From Leucoraja ocellata (lineage: Eukaryota), in assembly GCA_036785375.1 (NCBI GenBank), contig JAWMAR010000396.1, positions 1,178,001-1,242,000 on the forward strand: DNA of 64,000 bases, written 5' to 3'. This document shows, in pieces, positions 63,253 to 64,000 of the stretch. The notes below the pieces were generated by a model. That model made no database searches. It was given only the letters and a program-made list of their open reading frames with translations, and was not told the origin of the DNA. Position numbers and translations under genes: made by a program. Every line of letters starts with the position of its first letter. Within the stretch, counting starts at the first letter, position 1.

Positions 63253-63740
63253 GTGCAGAGTAGGTTTATAAGGTTAATTCCCGGGATGGCGGGACTGTCA
63301 TATGCTGAGAGAATGGAGCAGCTGGGCTTGTATACTCTGGAGTTTAGAAGGATGAGAGGAAAAACATATAAGATTATTAAAGGTTTGGACACGCTAGAGG
63401 CAGGAAACATGTTCCCGATGTTGGGGGAGCCCAGAACCAGGGGCCACAGTTTAAGAATAAGGGGTAAACCAGTTGGAACGGAGACGAGGAAACACTTTTT
63501 CTCACAGAAAGTTGTGAGTCTGTGGAATTCTCTGCCTCAGAGGGTGGTGGAGGCCGGCCCTCTGGATACTTTCAAGAGAGAGCTAGATAGGGCTCTTAAA
63601 GATAGCGGAGTCAGGGGATCTGGAGAGAAGGGCAGGAACGGGGTACTGATTGGAGATGATCAGCCATGATCACATTGAATGGCGGTGCTGGCTTGAGGGG
63701 CCGAATGGCCTACTACTGCACCTATTGTCTATTGTCTATT
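63253..63740 (+). mobile_element. CR1 LINE 3' end inserted into an older minus-strand CR1 (about 62830-64000)
   Basis: QSRFIRLIPGMAGLSYAERMEQLGLYTLEFRRMRG..VVSLWNSLPQ; (CTATTGT)n tail. Confidence 0.9.
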
Positions 63741-64000
63741 GAATCTCTTCTGCACTCTCTCTTATTACCACATCCTTTCTGCAGTGCAGTGACCAGAATG
63801 GTACACAACATTCCAAATGTAGTCTTAACAAATGTTTTTCCTGGTCACACCATGATGTCCCTACTCTTGCACGCATAGCCTTGGCCTATGATGTCAAACA
63901 TACCAAATGCCTTCTTCACCCCCCTGTCCACATGTGTCACCACTTTCAGGGAGCCATGGATTGCACCCCAAGATCTCTCTGTACATCACCAGTCCTGACA

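Overview
This is vertebrate genomic DNA. The repeat landscape (CR1/HER1-type LINEs, tRNA-derived HE1/V-SINE-like SINEs, Rex-Babar and Penelope-like fragments) suggests a cartilaginous fish, probably a skate or ray; that is an inference. The window holds part of the conserved WDR33-LIMS2(GPR17) block. The last five coding exons of WDR33 lie on + (3165-16617), followed by a poly(A) signal. The 5' part of LIMS2/PINCH2 follows on +, with two clearly homologous alternative first exons, a third candidate, and three LIM1-LIM2 exons; the next exon is not visible. An intact GPR17 gene is nested on the - strand in the large LIMS2 intron, with a candidate TATA promoter, a non-coding first exon and a long candidate 3' UTR. 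The most unusual non-genic signals are: (1) Penelope-derived terminal units with minimal hammerhead-ribozyme cores, many arranged as fold-back hairpins; (2) a non-autonomous Helitron and a Harbinger-like MITE with diagnostic ends; (3) degenerate minisatellite arrays, one in mirror orientation, upstream of GPR17. There is one 232-N assembly gap. Protein identities rest on recalled human sequences, not on database searches.
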